IMG/VR virus record: IMGVR_UViG_3300046673_000164
Coordinates: 426 to 64,425 of that record
DNA: 64,000 nt
DNA from: a virus
Taxonomy: Duplodnaviria > Caudoviricetes
Reading direction: 5' to 3' (one strand)
The translations under genes were made by a program, and so were the position numbers. Positions within the stretch are counted from its first letter, which is position 1, and each line of letters starts with the position of its first letter. Below are positions 63,501 to 64,000 of this stretch, one piece after another. Under the pieces are notes generated by a model. That model was not told the DNA's origin and did not search any database. It saw nothing but the letters and a program-made list of their open reading frames with translations.

Positions 63501-64000
63501 TTTGCGTTCCTCCTTTGTTCTACAATGATTTTCTTAGGTACAGCGGTTCCAACCACGTCGTCCACTGTTGTGCCCTTGATGAGCTTAGGTGCCGTTAGGT
63601 TGATAGAGCCGGGAACGACTCCCCGCGAGGCTGATAGAGCCCCGATGGTCGATGCCCGCAGCGTGCCCGTGGTCACGCCCGTAGCAACGCCCGAGAACAC
63701 GCTACCGGCTGCCGGCACGTACTGCGTTCCTGCGATGCCGCCGGAGACGCCGCACGATTGGCCGTAGACGAGTTGGGCGGCCGTGGGAGCGACGAACGTG
63801 CCGCTGCTGCTGGTTGATGCCCCCAGCGTGATTTGGCTGCTGCTCAAGAGGCTGCTGAGATAGGTGCTGTTGATCGTCGTCACGTCCGCCGCCTGCGTCG
63901 TGGCAGTGGTCGGGTAGCTGCCTGCGATGCCCAACAGTGTATTCCCGGTCACGATTTTTGATGTCGAGATGACCGATGAAAACGGGTTGCTGGTAGCCGT
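63497..64000 (-). CDS. C-terminal part of a Ser/Thr/Gly-rich fibre/adhesin-like protein (open at the right edge)
   Basis: Frame stays open to 64000; P.A..V..GV..G..GTL repeats; GTGA-coupled to the spike base gene. Confidence 0.65.
   Translation of the reverse strand, partial: TATSNPFSSVISTSKIVTGNTLLGIAGSYPTTATTQAADVTTINSTYLSSLLSSSQITLGASTSSSGTFVAPTAAQLVYGQSCGVSGGIAGTQYVPAAGSVFSGVATGVTTGTLRASTIGALSASRGVVPGSINLTAPKLIKGTTVDDVVGTAVPKKIIVEQRRNAK

Larger units (their letters stand above)
1..64000. mobile_element. Tailed dsDNA bacteriophage genome (near complete, siphovirus-like; probable Planctomycetota host)
   Basis: Terminase, portal, capsid, tail tube, tape measure, replication and lysis modules in phage order; no host housekeeping genes; no integrase recognised. 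Confidence 0.95.

Overview
The window looks like most of a ~64+ kb tailed dsDNA bacteriophage genome with a siphovirus-type gene order. Genes lie almost entirely on the minus strand, apart from a small plus-strand block at 35.8-38.5 kb. A Planctomycetota host is inferred from the CsrA sequence style and the signal-peptide/papain-type lysis genes. Modules, read on the minus strand: head spike, terminase, portal, MuF-C39 fusion, a glycosyltransferase/methyltransferase fusion, prohead protease, capsid, head-tail connector, tail tube, frameshifted tail chaperones, tape measure and tail genes (64-38.5 kb); primase and helicases (38-30.4 kb); an early operon (29.9-25.1 kb); a 7-deazaguanine DNA-modification cluster with csrA (25-20.3 kb); replication and recombination genes (clamp, UDG-PolA fusion, clamp loader, SSB, intein-containing RecA, resolvase, SbcCD; 20.3-8.4 kb); and a lysis/accessory cassette containing the anti-defence sponge Tad1 (8.3-1 kb). 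No integrase or repressor was recognised. The most striking observation is the early operon (DUF1257/DUF2997/Ycf46-like AAA/DUF3150-like/sigma-like genes). Nearly every spacer there holds a structured RNA: two complete type II hammerhead ribozymes fused to stop codons, a tRNA-elbow minihelix, a degenerate tRNA-like cloverleaf and a T-loop-like hairpin. This suggests the transcript is cut into separate mRNAs. All family assignments come from motif recognition by eye; no database search was run.
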